Shown: positions 1 through 13,400, numbered from the whole stretch's first letter. The stretch is DNA of 63,172 nucleotides, filler included, from Nemertoderma westbladi (GCA_032718475.1; 5 parts of 5 records of this genome joined end to end with filler, not necessarily neighbours in it), one strand, 5' to 3'. Notes: generated by a model not told the origin, from the letters alone. Numbers and translations: made by a program.

Positions 1-2088
1 GCGTTCGAGCGTGATACTTTGCTGCACTTCTTGCAACTCTAGCCTACTTTCCCTTACTGTGCCCTTGAATTGCTGGACAGTCTCCTGCATCTGCCCGAGC
101 AGGATATCCATCCCCCGCCGTCTCTCGTCCACCCATTCGACCGCCGAAGCGGGAGTCGCCAATGTTGTAGCGGGCGGACGAGGGACAACGGGCGACAAAT
201 TATGAATAATTCGCTCGGGGTCCAGGACCTGAACTGTATCCGGGGCAGTTCTACGGGGCACAGGTAGCTTAGTGCTATGCAAAGGGAATTTAGAGGTAGT
301 CTCAGGGAGCACAGGTATGTCTATCACCGAAGGGGTGATTTCAAGAACAGGCCTAATTATTTCAGGCTCATCTACTATAGTAGGGTGTCTTTCTATTTTA
401 ATTATTTGGTCTGTGGGCTCTGTACTACCTAAGTTGGTGTTATTTAGTTGCCTTCTAACAGCTGGAGGCAAATCAGGCAATTTCTGACGGTGGAATGTTC
501 TTTTACGTCTGCTTAAACGAGATCTATTTCCTTTGCCTTCAGTATCGGTGGTATCACCTTCCTCAGATGATGTATATCCCTGTCGTTTGGGAGTAGATCG
601 ATTCATCATCTGCATATTGCTAGCTGTTAACTGTTTATTTATGCAGTCTTGATTCTCCTGAATGTTTTCCAATTCTAACTGGGTGATTTCTTCAGTCGCT
701 CTCCGTTCTGCTTCTGCTACTGCCTCTGCCACTTTTCTTTCCACTTCGGCCTCTGCCGCTGTCGCCTTTCTTTCCGCTTCGGCCTCTGCCGCTGCCGCCT
801 TTCTTTCCGCTTCGGCTTCTGCCGCTGCCGCCTTTCTTCCCGCTTCTGCCTCTGCCGCTGCCGCCTTTCTTTCCGCTTCTGCCGATGCCACTGCTGCTGC
901 TACTGCCGCTGCCTTTCTGTCTTCTATACGTTTTTTCTTAACCCTTTCCTCTTGGTCTCTAGCGATGCGGAGTTGTTCATCGAATTTAGCCTGATTCGCA
1001 GCTCTCATTTCCACATCGATGGCATCCAACACAAGCTTGGTTCCTTCACTATTAGGGCTAAGTCCCTCTAACCTTCTCCTCAACTCGTCATTACCTAAAA
1101 AACGTTGATAGTCCGACAGATAGATGTCAATGGCATCCCTCTTATGCGGTTTCTCTGCCGTCGCTTCACTTTCCACTTGGGAAAAAGTAGCGTCTGTTGA
1201 TTCTCCATGGGTTGATCGCTCCTCTAGCTGAGCTTTCCACTGAGCTGTTCCTTGAACCTGGAGATTCACCCTTTGAAACCAAGTCTTTACGGCGACTTGC
1301 AACGACGTGTCTTGTCTTCGTTTAGAAGCCTCCTCAAAGGCTGATAAGATTAGCCTGATTCGTAGAATTCTTTCTCTAACTTGATAAAGCAGCAATCCCT
1401 GCTCTTGAGGTCCTTGAGGTTGATGAAACAGTTGTTCTTTTAATCGCTCTATAGAGCTGAAGAATCCCTGTGCGTATCCGGCTGCGGACCTCTTCCACAC
1501 AGCTGGATCGATGGTTTCCTTGGCTACTCCCATCCGGTGTATGTCTTCCCAGGCAGCTTCTGATAAATCAAACGGGAGTCCGGGTCCGGGAAAGTTCCAT
1601 TGCGACTCGACCATGGACTTCAGTTCTTCCCTTGTGTATCCAGCATAACTATCTCTAGTTGAACGCTGGCTTCTCGCCCAATCGATCTGGTGTTCTTCCA
1701 CAGCGATCAATAATCTAGTGAGTACGGCTGCAGGAAGGATGAGAAGGGGATCTGAATAAGCCTCATCCGTCATCCTTGCTCCGCGTTCGGGTGTCAGTTC
1801 TACTGTATCTTCACTACTGGAGCTGTCGGGCCGCTGAGAAATAAGTTCTTGGCTCGCGGGTTGTTGCTGTTCCGCTGCTTCTTGGTCCCGCTTGACCTGA
1901 GCTCGAGTGCCTATGATAGACCTACGATGTTGGACCAGCCTAGGTTCTGTTATTACTACTGGAGGGATGACCTTCCTCACAGTGGGAGGTGAACTGAACT
2001 TACGACCAGACGGTTCTACGTCTCTATCTGAGTCGCAGATAGTTACATCTAATAAACTGTCTGACAGGTTCTGCTTAGTATCAGACAT
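1..2088 (-). CDS. Long ORF (>=696 aa, open at window edge), probably a Gag-like ORF of an LTR retrotransposon; product not identified
   Basis: Manual minus-strand translation from ATG at 2088 (MSDTKQNLSDSLLDV...) finds no stop down to position 1. It has an Ala/Glu coiled-coil repeat (AEAERKAAAA) and a Pro-rich segment. It is absent from the ORF track because the stop lies outside the window. Gag identity is inferred from context only. Confidence 0.6.
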   Translation of the reverse strand, partial: MSDTKQNLSDSLLDVTICDSDRDVEPSGRKFSSPPTVRKVIPPVVITEPRLVQHRRSIIGTRAQVKRDQEAAEQQQPASQELISQRPDSSSSEDTVELTPERGARMTDEAYSDPLLILPAAVLTRLLIAVEEHQIDWARSQRSTRDSYAGYTREELKSMVESQWNFPGPGLPFDLSEAAWEDIHRMGVAKETIDPAVWKRSAAGYAQGFFSSIERLKEQLFHQPQGPQEQGLLLYQVRERILRIRLILSAFEEASKRRQDTSLQVAVKTWFQRVNLQVQGTAQWKAQLEERSTHGESTDATFSQVESEATAEKPHKRDAIDIYLSDYQRFLGNDELRRRLEGLSPNSEGTKLVLDAIDVEMRAANQAKFDEQLRIARDQEERVKKKRIEDRKAAAVAAAVASAEAERKAAAAEAEAGRKAAAAEAEAERKAAAAEAEAERKATAAEAEVERKVAEAVAEAERRATEEITQLELENIQENQDCINKQLTASNMQMMNRSTPKRQGYTSSEEGDTTDTEGKGNRSRLSRRKRTFHRQKLPDLPPAVRRQLNNTNLGSTEPTDQIIKIERHPTIVDEPEIIRPVLEITPSVIDIPVLPETTSKFPLHSTKLPVPRRTAPDTVQVLDPERIIHNLSPVVPRPPATTLATPASAVEWVDERRRGMDILLGQMQETVQQFKGTVRESRLELQEVQQSITLER
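700..905 (-). repeat. 33-bp coding tandem repeat (11-aa unit AEAERKAAAAE)
   Basis: About five in-frame copies of TTTCTTTCCGCTTCGGCCTCTGCCGCTGCCGCC on the + strand. Confidence 0.85.
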
Positions 2089-3410
2089 GTCTACGTATAC
2101 CGTTGAATGTCTACTGCTGTATTACAATCTGAGCAAGTCTAGTAATTCAGTATTAACTGCTAGCCTAGTAATTAATTACCGATACTGCTACTCAGTGTAG
2201 CGTGATATATATATAATATATTAGAATACCGGTATACTTATAGTATATATAACTATATAAGTATTATTACAGACTAGGTTTATCACAGAATACCGGTATA
2301 ATTTTTAGCACAAATATATATAAATATATAATAGGCCTATTGGGAATACCGGTATACAGCTTACAGTTTGTAGTATATATAATTCTGGAATAGAATTAAT
2401 TACAAGTACCGGTATAATTTCAGCCTAGATTTATAGAAATAAAGATAATAGGCCTATCGTAAATACCGGTATATCAATTATTTTAAGTAATTGAATTTCT
2501 GAATTTTAGGGTTACTTTGTTACTTTACTTACTTTATTACCGTTATTTGAGCAGTAGTCCAACTGATATGGAGACCTAATGGTTGTATGGTAGGCCTACT
2601 ATTTATAAATCTTTTGAGTTGATTTATAATATATATATACCCTTTAATGGGTTTTGTCAATGTTTGAAATAAATGTTATTATTTCTGGGGAGTAATCACT
2701 ACACAAAGCGGTGCGCTTTCAGTGAAGTGTTACTTATAGGACCCTAAAACAAATAATTCTAATTTACCTAAGTTACTTAATACTACAAATTACGTACGAT
2801 TCGGGTGAGATTACAATCTCTAAATAAACACAAAAATTTACAAAAAACACAAAAATACGAATTTTTAGGGTAATTTTACAAGAAGTCTACAAACCAGCCT
2901 AACAAAGGGTTAGAAATCTGGTTATTACAACGGACAGGGTTCTGCGGTATTTGAAAATAATACGTAGTAGTAAAATACACTGCGTTGTCCAGATAGGAAA
3001 ATACCACCGCCTGACGACCTATAGCCGTATCGCTATAGGTACTACGTTATGTATCACGGAGTGTTCCTACCTAGAAGCTAATAGAGCTAATCGAACGTGC
3101 CTATCAACCACTTTACAACTCGAATGTAATGCCTACACTAATTACTTTCGGAAAGCACTGTACACTAAACCCTAAATTAGGTACGAGTACTTGTATAACA
3201 TATAATCTGTAGTTAAATATACTTGAACAGCTAAAAGAACCACGGCATCTGCTGGAGTGACCGATGCACAAAATCACCAGTCTTTACCTACGCCAAGCAG
3301 CCCGTGTAGTACCGGGGTTAATTTAACTATAGCGGTATGTATAACAAACACAATTACTGTAGGAACAAACTTGGGGAATGAATGTTGCGGATAATCGCAT
3401 AAACTCTGAA

Positions 3411-3990
3411 TAATAAATATTACGCTACGCGTACAAACTACTCAAACAAAATGCAGACCGAACACTGACAGACTACTATCAAGCCTAAACAAACTACGGT
3501 ATATGCAGACTCCGAAATAATTAGGTAGTATGCGTTCTAACCCAGTAGTACGACTTATTCTTTAGTTGGGGGTTTACCTTACAGCATTCGCTGCCCCTAC
3601 TTCCTAACCGTTCTTTATCGGACAAGTGATCTACTCACGCTGCAATCCGTTCAGACCTAATAACAGCCAGACAACTATCCAGCCTACAAATTATCTAAAT
3701 AAATATTATACGCTACCCGTACAAACTTACACAAACAAAGTACAGACTCAACGATGGCAGACTACTCTCAAGCCTAAATAAACTACAGGACATGCAGACT
3801 CCGAAATAATTAGGTAGTATGCGCTCTAACCCAGTAGTACGACTTATTCTTTAATTGGGGGTTTACCTTACAGCATTCGCTGCCCCTACTTCCTAACCGT
3901 TCTTTATCGGACAGATGATCTACACACACTGCAATCCGTTCAGACTTAACAACAATCAGACAACAGCTCAGCCTACAAATTGTCTGTACA
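3411..3990. repeat. Two-copy ~289-bp tandem duplication in the putative 5' leader
   Basis: TGCAGACTCCGAAATAATTAGG occurs at 3504 and 3793 with near-identical flanks. Confidence 0.9.
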
Positions 3991-4174
3991 ATATGATCAG
4001 GCTTACACGCCTTCTGTTCAATACTGGCCTACAAACAAATAAAACTTAATAAAACTTAACAAATAAAACTAACAGAAATAAGTAAAATCTCAATAAAAAC
4101 CAGGCATCCCCGATTAATTATTAAGACCTACCGGCATATATAATCAAATCGAATAATACTGCTGTACTTATACG

Positions 4175-4295
4175 GGAAGTACCGGTTAGGACAGTTAGGC
4201 CTACCGACCTACAGAAGTACCGGTTCTGGCAGTTGGACCTACGGACCTACGGCAGTACCGGTTCTGACAGTTGGGCCTACTGACCTACTGAAGTA
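4175..4295. repeat. About three copies of a 37-39 bp repeat
   Basis: AAGTACCGGTT(A/C)...CAGTT(A/G)GG.CTAC.GACCTAC units. Confidence 0.75.
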
Positions 4296-4368
4296 CCGTT
4301 CAGGTTTACCGGTTGACCGGTACTTTCAACTTTATTGCTTACTGCAATAAAGAAGCTATATCCGTTAT

Positions 4369-5492
4369 TGTTCGCGCTTTCAGACCTTTGGCAGTTTAAC
4401 CCGCCAAATTAGGATGTCTTCTAGATAATAAATCACTTTTAGTCTATGACAAGTATTTAATTCACTACACTAGTCGAAACCAATCTGTGCGCGATCATTC
4501 ACCCGCTGGATATACCCGGGAGATTGGGTTCGACGGCTTAATCTTATTGCTATGTAAGCTTAATGTATTATTCGACTGACAGTATTATATAATCTCTGAC
4601 AATATTATTCACCTTCGGGAAATATTAACAGTTCCTTTAGGACGTGGCGCTCTATCTATATACACAGAGTTATGACTTAAACTACTCACAACGATATGGC
4701 TTAGTTATAATTCACATATATGGCGCATTCTTTAGGAAATGCTTCGTTATCAGGTTCACTCATACACAATGCTGCACAATACTGCACACTGATCTGCCGA
4801 TCTTCACTGATTTTAGTTATATATAAAAGGAACACGGACCGAATCATGTAGGGTCTATCAAATAACATTAGATTCACTTCAAACCACTTTAACATAAGTC
4901 ACAATTGTTATATGTAACCCTTCTCTCTTACCTTCGGTATATCAAGAATATTGGGTTTCGGGGTTATTTATCGTTATTCCAAATATAATAATTCATCAAC
5001 CATATTATGAAGAACTGACAGTAAATAGCAGTATAACAATATAAAGGTATGCACAGGTTGTTTGATTAGGTATGGTATGTTATGAGTTGAGTTGAGGTAT
5101 GTTGAGATCAGACATCAGATAACGGATATATGTCCTTATAATTAAGCCTACTAGTGTAAGACTAAAACTGAAAACACGGAGGTGCCAAAAGCCGGTTCTT
5201 AGGCTCTGGGCAAAAACATAACACTGAACTACTGAGTTTCTGTATACACCTCCAACACAGAGACAACAAACGCTCTGATTGGTCAACCTGAACAACGAGA
5301 GAACAAAGAAACAAAGAAACGTCGACGTGGCAATATCAGCTGCTAGCCGTCGTCATGGTAGCGACACTGTTTTCAAAAGTATCCAGCTATTGCGTCACGA
5401 GATTGTGGATTATGTCCTCTAAAGTACAAATACAGTACAAATACATAAGAAATGACTTTTATGTCCTCTAAAACACCAGTACAGCAAGGACA
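4369..5492 (-). mobile_element. Possible 5' LTR of the element carrying the 1-2088 ORF (outer boundary uncertain)
   Basis: 4369-4400 is the exact reverse complement of 54836-54867, and identity ends at ...GCGCGAACA in both copies, as expected for an LTR 3' end. A minus-strand ATTAAA lies near 4456-4461. No convincing PBS was found. Confidence 0.3.
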
Positions 5493-7122
5493 CGGCCTTT
5501 TTATGCCTGGCAAACCAACTACATAGTACTTTAAGGGAAAATAACCGGCTAATTACGCAAAAGCTTTTACATAATTATCACAAAAGCAACTTTATATTAT
5601 TTGCTTTTGTAAATACGCTAAAAAATATATCAGTATTTGTACAAAATGCAAAATAATAAATTAAATAAATTTTAATTTTAAATATAATTATATAACAATA
5701 TATTTATGGTATATAGCTATAGCTGTTTATACTATTAATATATTTACATAATATAATTAATATTATTATTATTTATTATAATATATTAAAGATTCAATAC
5801 TAAATTGTGAATTTAACTTGTTCAATTAATAAAATAATTTCTGCTCATGGCAATATACAGTAGGACCACAAATAATTAATACATGGGCATACATTTAAAC
5901 CAATACGACATCACAAATGTTAACACAGTAACTGTATATCGGCACAGGTTATCTAAAGTCAATCGATAGACAATAACAAAATTAAAAAGCATTAAATAAC
6001 GCGATGGTTTGGTATCCCTACCCGGATGCGGTTTGGATGAAACGAAGACATGAAAGTTAAAAACTCAATGAACCAAAGCGTGTCTGGTCGACTGATAGAC
6101 ACCGAACCACTCGTGAATTTAAACTGGGGATCCCAACTCGCTCCAGAACGCAACCCATAATAACTCATCGCTTGCTGTTGCATTGAATTGCTGTACCGCA
6201 GTTGACCCACGAAATTTTTGCACTTTGTATTTCATGCCGCTGATTCTAGAGCCTAAGATTTCATCCGGTAAACGTTGCAAGTACCATAAACAACGCACTG
6301 TAATCGTACCGATACCACGAAGTCTCTTTAGTTTCACATGCATGTTTGCTTTTAGCGAAGTCCTGCTTACGTATACGTACAATACGATTGGAACTACCAG
6401 TAGTTTTCCCACCGGATTCGAGCAGTAGGTGCACTTTTGCATCTTTCAGCATTGCGTCGGAGAAACGAGGCGAAGGGCCGGAAGTCGCGATGATAGAGTT
6501 CCGGTACGACCCTCTCTCGACCTTGGCCGTCGAGAGATATGCGAGAATGTTATCGCAAACGTTTGTGTCATCAACGTTGAAGACTCAGCAGTCATCTATA
6601 TGCAGAAGGAGACGATTCGTTAGGATAAGCTGCAAGTGATCCCCACCTCATAGGGATCCTCGGATATAAGGATTACAGGATTACAACTTCCGAACTTGAA
6701 GTTTAGAACTGCAGTAGGCCTATAATGCAGGCAGATTGTCTCATGAGTTTACTAAAATCCTGAGGTTATTAGCCAAATGGGTGAATGTGGATTGGTTAGG
6801 CCTACTGAAAGAACATGAGAAAACAAAATGCTAGGCCTAGTACAATCACAGTATTAGGCTCACTAAAAATTAACAAATAATAAATGAAATACTGAAATAG
6901 GCCTAAATTTAATTATACAACAACCGTCAGACCATACCTGCTGCCTGCATACAGCCGTACCAAACCTGATAACATGCAGACAAGCCTAGAATACAAGTGA
7001 AATGTATAGTAGGCAGGTAGGCCTACTGTCAGACTGTAGTAAGGCCTGTGAAAGTACGGGCGGTGGTACGCTACTGCTGTACTGCTGTACTGCAGTACTG
7101 CAGCAGGCGTCCCAATGGAGGG

Positions 7123-10100
7123 GCAGACCAGTATCTAAAATCCAACACTATGGGTAATTGCTACACAGCCAGCTGTGAGTTCATTATTCTTCCTTCAGGT
7201 CAGGTATTCTAGGTCATTGATCAAGAAAACTTGCCACCTCCATGCAGCATAAAGGAGGTGCCACCTGTAGCTGCATAGACCCTCTTACTAGGGCAAATCT
7301 GGTCCTGTAACTAGGACCCCCTTCGTTCTGGGATAAGGATGTACCATTGGTTGGCTTTGGTTGTGTTTGATGTAGGCCATCATGTTATGATATTCAAATG
7401 GATTGATAGTTGGTCAGGTCAGGTCCCCAGATCCTGCTACCACTGTGGCAGTAATGTGGTACTACCTGTAGCTATCAGCCCAGTAGGGCAGGCCCGATAA
7501 GCATAGCCTATTCATTATTTAGTTGATCAAGAGAGGGTTGGTTCAGCCCCGTCAACTAAATAAGTCATTGAGGGCTATAGCGCCTAGGGCACCATTGAAG
7601 GCAAAGGCTTGATACGCATCTGCATTAGAGATGATACAAGCCCCGCCCTGTCTATACTGGATGCTCCTCTACCAGTGTTAGGTAACCTAACCCAGGAGGC
7701 ACACTTGGTTCAGGGTGTAACAAATGGACCCATACAGTCGGCAGCAGGGCTGTAGGCCATGGATAGGCGGAAGGTAATCAACCAACGGCTAGACATGCTG
7801 ACAAGGTCGGCGGAAGGTAATCAACCAACGGCGACCTACTGCAAAGACGCTTGTAGGAGTTGCGACCACAAGCGGTTTACTCCCGCAACTGAAAGATGAG
7901 AACCCTCCAGGAGAAATACCGGCTCGGTCGTCGCCTGGGTCAACAAGGACCGCGTCCCTCAGTGGTACACCAGGCTGGGGTCGATAAATTGGCTACTGGA
8001 ACAGAAGACAGAGAAGAAAGAAGAACCAGTAGTAACAAGCTCAGCAGTAAGAAACTCGGCCAATGCATCAATTGGTGGAGTAGGAATTCTGCTAAGCCCA
8101 TTTGCACTTAAGACCCTAAACAACATCGAATCTATAAATTCCAGGGTTATGATCGCAACATTTGATGGGAATCCCAAGACAACAGTTATATGTTGCTACA
8201 GTCCAACCAATGCATCACAGCCAGAACAGGCAGTCAAGTTTTATGAAGAACTGACTGGACTTATTAAGGACATCCCGAAACACAATGTTAAAGTCATTGC
8301 TGGTGACCTGAATGCGCAAATTGGCCCAGAAGACATCAAGGGTTACACCTATAACACCAGTTCTAACAGAAATGGGTACTTACTTTTAGACCTAATGGAA
8401 GAATGTGAATTAATACCAACAAACAACACATTCGAAAAGAGTAAGGGGAAGCTATGGACCTTTCAATACCCTAATGGAACCAAAGCACAACTGGATTACA
8501 TCCTTATAAACAAAAAGTGGAGAAATAGCATGATCAACTGCGAGGCATACAGCTCGTTCAACCTAATTGGTTCGGACCACAGAATTGTGACTGCAGAGAT
8601 CAGACTCAGTTTGAGAGCCAGCAAACCCAGGGCAAGCAAGCAAATAAACTATGACTGGGAGAAACTCAGAACTGACAATGCTGTAAAGGATGCTTAATAC
8701 AGTAGAAGTTCAAAACCGCTTTGAAGCACTTCAGTCAATGGATGAAGACCAATCCACCGATTCAATATACCAGAATATAATAACAGCCCACAAGGAATCA
8801 GCTAAGAGGCATATCCCCCAGAAACCTAAACGAAAACAGTATGTGCCATGGCAAAACTCTGAGGTTACTTGTAAGAGAGAAGATCTTAAGATAGCCTACA
8901 AAGTTAAAACCGAACAACCAACAACCGAAAACATTAACAAGGTTGAGAAAGCTAAGGACGATCTTAAATTGGCCTACAACATCAGCCAGGAAAAGTACAT
9001 ACAGGATAAAACTGAAGCAATTACAACTGCTCACATACAGCAACAATCAAGACTTACCTGGCAAACTGTAAATTAGGTATCTGGTCGGAAAAGTTGTGCA
9101 AAGGGGCGCCTCAAAGCCGATAGTCCTGAAGAACGTGTTGGGAAGTGGAAAAATCACTTCAGCAACTTGCTTGGGCAGCCACCAAACATCGAGGTCAGCC
9201 CTACAAGGAAAATATATGACAAGACACTACCTATAGAAACAGGGGACTTCACACCTGCCGAACTCCAAAGAAGCATTAAAAGCATGTCCAATAATAAAGC
9301 GAGTGGATTAGATGAAATCCCAGCGGAGGTATGGAAAACCGGAGTGCTAAATCGACCATTATTGACTGTTTGCAACCGGATGATAAAAGGGGAAAAGCCG
9401 CCACCAATTTGGACTAAAGGTCAACTAAAGCCTCTCCCCAAGAAAGGAGACCTCGGCATACCAACAAACTATCGTGGGATCTGTCTGCTTGTGGTAGCTG
9501 CCAAAATATACAATAAAATGATTCTATATAGGATTAGGCCTCACATAGAGAAACTACTGCGTAAGAGCCAAAACGGATTTCGACCAAGTAGATCAACAAT
9601 AGCTCAGATACTTGCACTACGGAGACTGATTGAAGGAATTAAGTCAAAGAATCTCCCCGCAGTCATGACTTTTGTGGACTTCAAGAAGGCATTCGACTCC
9701 ATCCATAGAGGTAAAATGCTTGAAATCCTAAGAGCTTATGGAATACCAGAAGTAATTGTTGCTGGCATTGGATTGTTATATTGTGACACAGAAGCGCAGG
9801 TACTCTCACCAGATGGTGAAACTGAGTTTTTCTCAATCCTGGCTGGCGTACTGCAAGGTGACACATTAGCACCATTACTATTTGTAATTGTGCTGGATTA
9901 CGCAATGAGGACGGCCACAAAGGGTGAAGATCTGGGATTCACACTTCAAGAACGCAGAAGTAGTAGATATCCGGCAACTACAGTCACAGACACCAACTTT
10001 GCGGATGACATCGCCCTGCTCTCTAATACGCTAGCAGATGCACAGCTTCTACTAAATAAAGTGGAGAGGGCTGCTAAGGAGGTTGGATTGCATATAAATG

Positions 10101-10674
10101 CTACCAAGACCGAATTCATGACCTTTAATGTTGATGGAAACTTGACAACCATTGATAATAATTAACTAAGGAAGGTCGATGACTTCCAGTACCTTGGATC
10201 ATGGATAGAGAGTAGCAAAAAGGACATAGAAGTTAGGAAAGCAAAGGCTTGGGTAGCTCTATCAAAAATGGATACCATCTGGAAATCAGATCTCTCCAGG
10301 CACCTGAAGACTAAGTTGCTACACAAGACTACTAAGGGCAGCCCTAAACATCAGCTGGAGACAACACATGACAAACACTGAGCTTTATGGTACAATACCA
10401 CGTGTATAATACCACCCTCCGTGAACTCAGATTAAGATTCAGTGGGCACTCCTGGCGAAGTAAAGACGAGGTCATACCAGATCTACTTCTCTGGCAACCA
10501 ACTCATGGAAAGCGTAGTCGTGGACGACCTGCCATAACATATATAGATCAACTTGAAAGGGATACTGAACTTGGGAGAAACGAAATTGCGACAACTATGA
10601 AGAATCGGGAAGCCTGGAAGGATCTCATTTCCACTGTCCGAGTTCGCTCGACCTAGTAGTAGTAATAGTAGTAG
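7123..10674 (+). mobile_element. Near full-length RTE-clade LINE (family A), decayed
   Basis: 8-bp TSD ATGGAGGG at 7115-7122 and 10675-10682, a (TAG)n tail after the stop, ~0.7-kb 5' UTR, and a single APE+RT ORF. Confidence 0.9.
7896..10656 (+). pseudogene. RTE APE endonuclease + reverse transcriptase ORF, broken by frameshifts, stops and deletions
   Basis: APE motifs CYSPTN, GDLNA, LDYIL, SDH. RT motifs NYRGI, QNGFR, FVDFKKAFDS, GVLQGDTLAP, FADD. RTE-type C-terminus GKRSRGRP...W. Confidence 0.92.
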
Positions 10675-11891
10675 ATGGAGGGAATTTCAAAATGGTCAAA
10701 TAATACAACAATAATGAAATTTTTAATATGATGTGCAATTATAAAAATCGCTGTAACTCTGGTGCAACACGACCGTATTTGATGAAATTTTCATTGTTAC
10801 GTACGGTAATTAATGCGTTTACTATTGCTATACTCAATATATTTATAATCGGTATGATTTTTAAACTATAAGAGTTTAAGAACCGGGAATTGCCAAATTG
10901 TGGCTGCGTAGGCCAGATTTGACCACAACATTGACCAGGTTCGTGCAACTCTTGAAAATTTTGGAATATGTCAATTTTGTTCTACTATCATGTTCTATAA
11001 ATGACCAAAGTTAAAAAAAATATAATTCCTAGGAAGTTGTTTTATTTTATATAAATATGTAATTTTATGGTGAAAATTGGTTAATTTCGTTAAAAATCAG
11101 TGAAAATTTGATGTGTGGGTGGGTTGGGTGGGTTGGGCCAACTCATAAATTGTTGCCAGTGTTATTTTTCTTATCCTAAAATGTTCTTTAATTGAGCACA
11201 GTTTTAGAAAATATAATTCCTAGGAAGTTCTTAAACTAAAGCTCAGACTTTCAAAAAGACGGTCATTTAACGGACTTTTTTTATTTGTCTGTCATACCTA
11301 CACATATCGTTGAAATCGAAAATGGCATGCATATTCGGATTCAGCACACCAAAATGTACCTATATAGTATATTTTGAGGTAATCTGAGGCTAAAATAAAA
11401 GAAAATGAAAAAATGAAAAAAAATTTTGCCAAAATTTGCCAAACTTCCAAAAATACTTAACTTGCTCAGATTTTCATGAAATTTGGTACGGATGTGCCCA
11501 AAGCAATTCTAAGAAACTAATTTGAAGGATTTACGGAAAAATGCAATTTAAGCCGATATAACGCATTTTGAGTGCCTAATTTTAGGCTAAATTTCAAGAA
11601 AATACAGATTTCCTAAGTTTGGCCCTTATTTACTACAAGAAGCAAAGACGTTTTGTATTAACATTAAATGGATAAAATGTAGAGCTATATATAAACAGAC
11701 AATTCGGAGAAAACCACTTTTTACCAAAACCTATTTTGTCAACTTCCAAAGTAAGATGGTGTAATATAATAACTCTATATTCCCAATAAATTAGTAGGAA
11801 TTTATTATCCGGTACCGATTTTATTTTTTTCAGCTGAAACAACGACATCAACTGAAGCTGGTGAGTAAATATAATATTTAATAGGTGTAAG

Positions 11892-12010
11892 GGTGTAAGG
11901 CGGCGAGATTGTTGGAGGTGTAAGGCGGCAAGATTGTTGGAGGTGTAAGGCGGCGTGATTGTTGGAGGTGTAAGGCGGCGAGATTGTTGGCGTAAGGAGG
12001 TGTAAGGCGA
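11892..12010. repeat. 25-bp minisatellite
   Basis: GGTGTAAGGCGGCGAGATTGTTGGA repeated about 4.5 times. Confidence 0.9.
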
Positions 12011-12769
12011 TGACTTTAATTCGCGATCCGTATAATGTATTATATTTCCGTTTTTGAAATATTGATAAAGATAATATAATATAAGTGTTTTATGAAAACC
12101 AACCAGAAGTGTTTATGAGTAATTTAATAATATTTTGTGAAGTTTTCGAAATGAGCAATAATAAATATATAGGCCATAGCCGTATGTTGTGGATAATAAT
12201 AAATTGGCAATTCAGAATGAATACGTGCACTGCACTTATTCTATGTTGAAATTTAAGTTAATTAAAATTATTTTCTTTCGTCTGTAACTTTCCCACTCGT
12301 ATTTTTTAGTTAATAACAATATTAATTTATAGCTGAAACAACAACGATAGGAGAAGAGGATATTTAATATCGGTAAGTTAAGATTTTAACCGGCAGGCAA
12401 AATCCCTTTATTAATAATAATAGTTTCTCGTAATTTCGAATTTTTCAATAGATTCCAATGCTATTTAGGACTGTCTATACTTGTTGCTCAGTGCTCGTGT
12501 TTATCAATCGGTCTATATGTTCGGTCGTGTAACAAACTTACATATCGTCAGCATTTATGTCTGGCGACTTATTTTCCCCTATACTTCCACTATGGAACTG
12601 TACTTCCTAGAATTCCCCAAATTTGTACAAAGCCTCTACAAATTTTTATCATATTGCTTGAAAATTGAAACACAACTAGTTCAACTTACCGTGGTTGTTA
12701 CCAGAAAAGCCAGAATTTTCGATTTTTTATACTTTAACATTTTTTTAATATCATAATAGAAAGCTTGTG

Positions 12770-13400
12770 TTCCTGATGAAATTATTGCAGCAATCAGATC
12801 AGTATACGATGGTTCGACAACTTTATTTGTGTCTACTGTTGACGGTGACACAGAACCATTTAAAGTGTTATGGGGCGTCCTCCAAGGAGACACACTTGCA
12901 CCATTCTTGTTCATTATTGTGGTTGACTATGTTCTACGCATGTCCTTAGATCATCATAATGATGATGGGGTGATGATAACTCCATCTCCTGGCTCCAGAA
13001 GTCGAGGAAATCCTGCGAAGTACCTATCTGATCTAGACTTTGCTGCTGACTTAGGAGTACTCTCAGAATCACTAGAGGGAGCCCAACGGCTCCTCAGCTC
13101 ATTAGAACATGCTGCTTCTAGTGTTGGTCTTTTTATTAACTCCAGAAAGACCAAAATTTTGACAGTTAACTTTGAAAGTCCTCAGCAAGTCTCTGATCGG
13201 ATGAGCATAAGCTCAAAAGATGGTATGCTTGAGCATGTGGATGACTTCTGTTACGTGGGATCATGGATCCGGAAGTCAGGTGAGGACCATCGAATAGGTA
13301 AGGGAAAGGCATGGGCAGCCTTGAATAGGCTTTCCAGGATTTGGAAGTCACCGAGAATTAATCGGAAACTTAAGGTCCGATTATTTAGAGCAGCAGTAGT
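12770..13400 (+). mobile_element. Internal RT fragment of RTE family B
   Basis: GVLQGDTLAPFLF...LDFAADL; nearly identical to 32625-33252. Confidence 0.9.

Noticed and set aside
662-994. Ala/Ser-rich + strand ORF (antifreeze-like)
   Set aside because: It is the antisense shadow of the 33-bp repeat in the long minus-strand ORF.
4395-4406. Minus-strand TGGCGGGTTAAA as a tRNA primer-binding site
   Set aside because: I cannot match it to a tRNA 3' end, and it overlaps the segment shared with 54836-54867, placing it inside the repeat.
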